DNA of 63,596 nt, counting the filler, from Octopus bimaculoides (Eukaryota): NCBI RefSeq assembly GCF_001194135.2. It is 8 parts of 5 records of this genome, joined end to end, with 100 filler letters (N's around TTAATTAATTAA, not from the genome) between each part and the next. Parts side by side here need not be neighbours in the genome. Positions count along the whole stretch, not along the records: positions 60,410 to 63,596 come from NC_068981.1; 7 more parts are not named here. One strand, written 5' to 3'. A program made the translations under genes and the position numbers. Of this stretch, positions 63,415 to 63,596 are shown one piece after another. The notes beneath the pieces were generated by a model that did no database searches, was not told where the DNA came from, and saw nothing but the letters and a program-made list of their open reading frames with translations. Position 1 is the stretch's first letter, and each line of letters begins with the position of its first letter.

Positions 63415-63533
63415 AATTAAATACATATGCATATATATGTGTGTGTAGATATTTGTATTTGTGTGGGTGTGTGTATGTGTGTGTGCGCGTGCACGTGTGT
63501 GCATGGAAATATATTTAAATCTTTACATGCAAC

Positions 63534-63596
<63 letters not shown>

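Overview
Eukaryotic, AT-rich, draft-assembly DNA with many N gaps. The repeat landscape (abundant tRNA-derived SINEs, RTE 3' tails ending in (GAT)n, extreme microsatellite density) points by inference to a coleoid cephalopod, most like Octopus. The window is almost entirely intronic or intergenic. It holds microsatellites, several SINE families, decayed LINEs (RTE, CR1/L2-group, L1/Tx1, R4/Dong-like and HERO-like RLE elements), a Penelope-like GIY-YIG fragment, Tc1/mariner relics, MITEs and Helitron/Helentron-like elements. Only two host coding exons are reasonably supported: the N-terminal half of a C-type lectin domain (6066-6211, +) and an unassigned exon (13133-13283, -). The most notable unexplained structure is a set of minimal type I hammerhead ribozyme motifs, folded by eye. 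Two have intact catalytic cores (57616-57689 +, 58740-58828 -) and face each other across a gap. One has a variant CUGUUGA core in a dispersed ~190-bp microsatellite-flanked unit, and several others are decayed relics. Four have a palindromic or quasi-palindromic helix III, suggesting dimer-type self-cleavage. Fold-back junctions at retroelement 5' ends and head-to-tail SINE arrays in (TAA)n tracts also stand out. No database searches or folding programs were run; TE family names are recalled from motif memory and most TE boundaries are approximate.
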